Source: Auanema rhodensis (lineage: Eukaryota > Animalia > Nematoda). Taken from it: DNA of 64,000 nucleotides. The DNA is taken from positions 26,869,943 to 26,933,942 of the forward strand of contig OZ059900.1 of the NCBI GenBank assembly GCA_964057225.1, read 5' to 3'. The notes beneath the pieces were generated by a model. That model was not told where the DNA came from, made no database searches, and was given only the letters and a program-made list of their open reading frames with translations. Of this stretch, positions 62,931 through 64,000 are shown piece by piece. Each line of letters begins with the position of its first letter. Positions within the stretch are counted from its first letter, which is position 1. A program made the position numbers and the translations under genes.

Positions 62931-63602
62931 TCTGTGAGTCTCCTTCTTGTGGTGTGTAATATGATTCGGCGGCAGTATCAAAAGTCTTTGACCTTTTACT
63001 TTTGAGTGTACGAACCGGTGATGGTGAATATCGAATAACAGCTTTACGATGACGAGGCGTTCTAGGTAATATAGTAGAGTCCAAGTCTGTAACAGCCGGT
63101 TCAGCTCTAGTTACAACGTCAACTGAATCATTGTCAGCCGACTCTCTTCTAGTTTGTTTCTTGTTAGAACTTGGTACGCCTTTACTGGCTAAAAACTTTG
63201 ACAAGACTGAAAATCCATTGGGCTCCGTTTTTGTTTTATCCAATACAAAATCTAAAATTTTTGTAATATTCGTGTTTGGTACAGCCTCTTTATTAATCAC
63301 AAGTTGGTTATTCTTGTTTGTGCGCACCTCTGGAAATTTCTCCCACAAATTGTTATACTTTCTTGGCAACTTGTATTCTGGCAATAGAGGTGGATCAGCA
63401 TTTTCCACTTGTACTGATATGGGCGCATCTATACTTTCTCTATAGTTTTTGAGACGAGCAATCAAGTCTTCGTATAGTTCAGCCTTTTTATAGTCGGGTA
63501 TAGCTCTATTTCGCGTAAAAGCTTGAGCTCTGCATCAAACTTGTCTATATTAATTGTTTCCTCGTCGACAGGAATTAGTCGATATTTATGGTTGAGCTTC
63601 AT
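62887..63602 (-). pseudogene. Maverick conserved hypothetical ORF; frameshift near 63515
   Basis: The ATG overlaps the upstream stop (ATGA). MKLNHKYRLIPVDEE...FDAELK continues in another frame as RAIPDYKKAELYEDLIARL and into ORF 62887-63465. Confidence 0.55.
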
Positions 63603-63907
63603 GATTTAAAACCAAAATAGGCAATACCACATGTAACTATTGTTTTCAATTGTTTGTGTGAAAGCGTTGCCAATAATGATTTAGCCTTTTCCGGTGTGCG
63701 TATCAAAGCTATTTGACGTAATAATGAAGATATGGGCAAGAGGGTTTTATATTCCTTGTTAGTTAAAAGAAAATTATTATTTTTCACAATATTAAATACA
63801 ATTTCAACAATAATTTCAATTTGTGCAAAAGAAAATGAGGAAACAGAACAAGGAGTTTTGGCGCAAGAAGACAAAAAGTTGAAATTTGACAAAATACGAC
63901 CACTCAT
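63599..63907 (-). CDS. Small basic Maverick/Polinton core ORF (102 aa)
   Basis: MSGRILSNFNFL...IVEIVFNIVKNN...LLRQIA pattern, and a position between the putative ATPase and the integrase typical of Polintons (recognised by eye). Confidence 0.6.
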   Translation of the reverse strand: MSGRILSNFNFLSSCAKTPCSVSSFSFAQIEIIVEIVFNIVKNNNFLLTNKEYKTLLPISSLLRQIALIRTPEKAKSLLATLSHKQLKTIVTCGIAYFGFKS

Positions 63908-63919
63908 TGAACAAGCACT

Positions 63920-64000
63920 TTAAACACTAAACACATTTCTGGCAACATAAACAATAGGGTTCTCCGCTGTTATATCAGATAGTATACGCTGCTTCTCACT
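63920..64000 (-). CDS. C-terminus of an upstream ORF, probably the Maverick packaging ATPase
   Basis: SEKQRILSDITAENPIVYVARNVFSV*. The call rests on gene order and tail pattern only. Confidence 0.35.
   Translation of the reverse strand, partial: SEKQRILSDITAENPIVYVARNVFSV

Larger units (their letters stand above)
59438..64000 (-). mobile_element. Maverick/Polinton element, left end; continues beyond the window
   Basis: AGTAGAGAG-type terminus abutting the HSE array, subterminal CAGCTGTCAAAAACATACTTTTGGGG repeats, and compact overlapping intronless ORFs including a Polinton-type integrase. The terminus position is inferred; the other TIR and the TSD are not visible. Confidence 0.8.

Overview
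AT-rich eukaryotic DNA, almost certainly from a rhabditid-type nematode: it has (TTAGGC)n repeats, 33-55 nt GT-AG introns with TTTCAG/TTTTAG acceptors, GTATA(A/T)AAG TATA boxes, and Tc1/mariner/maT elements. It reads as a subtelomeric or heterochromatic mosaic. 1-35.4 kb: about 40 copies of a ~430-470-bp palindromic, (TA)n-containing repeat, interleaved with a degenerate 40-bp telomere-like satellite. Seven DNA-transposon insertions (2 Tc1, 1 maT, 1 mariner, 2 hAT, 1 hAT MITE) all sit in the TA tracts of that repeat, and 5.18-10.74 kb is inverted. 36.6-37.9 kb: a GC-rich endogenous copy of a Totiviridae-like (Victorivirus-type) dsRNA-virus capsid gene, joined through a C15 run to a near-perfect 40-bp telomere-like array. 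The polarity is that expected if a chromosome-end 3' OH primed reverse transcription. 39.5-55.7 kb: about 91 copies of a 176-bp satellite that appears to be an amplified splice acceptor plus coding exon, flanked by inward-facing 5' parts of divergent histone H3-like genes. The right-hand H3-like gene is cut inside the histone fold by (TTAGGC)7. 57.5-59.4 kb: an 11-bp satellite and an HSE-like array. 59.44 kb to end: the left end of a Maverick/Polinton (integrase-chromodomain, two small core ORFs, probable ATPase tail) carrying a spliced cargo gene with a D-box, CDK sites and a Cys cluster. Protein family calls come from motif recognition by eye. No database search was run, and single-base frameshifts in homopolymers could be assembly errors.
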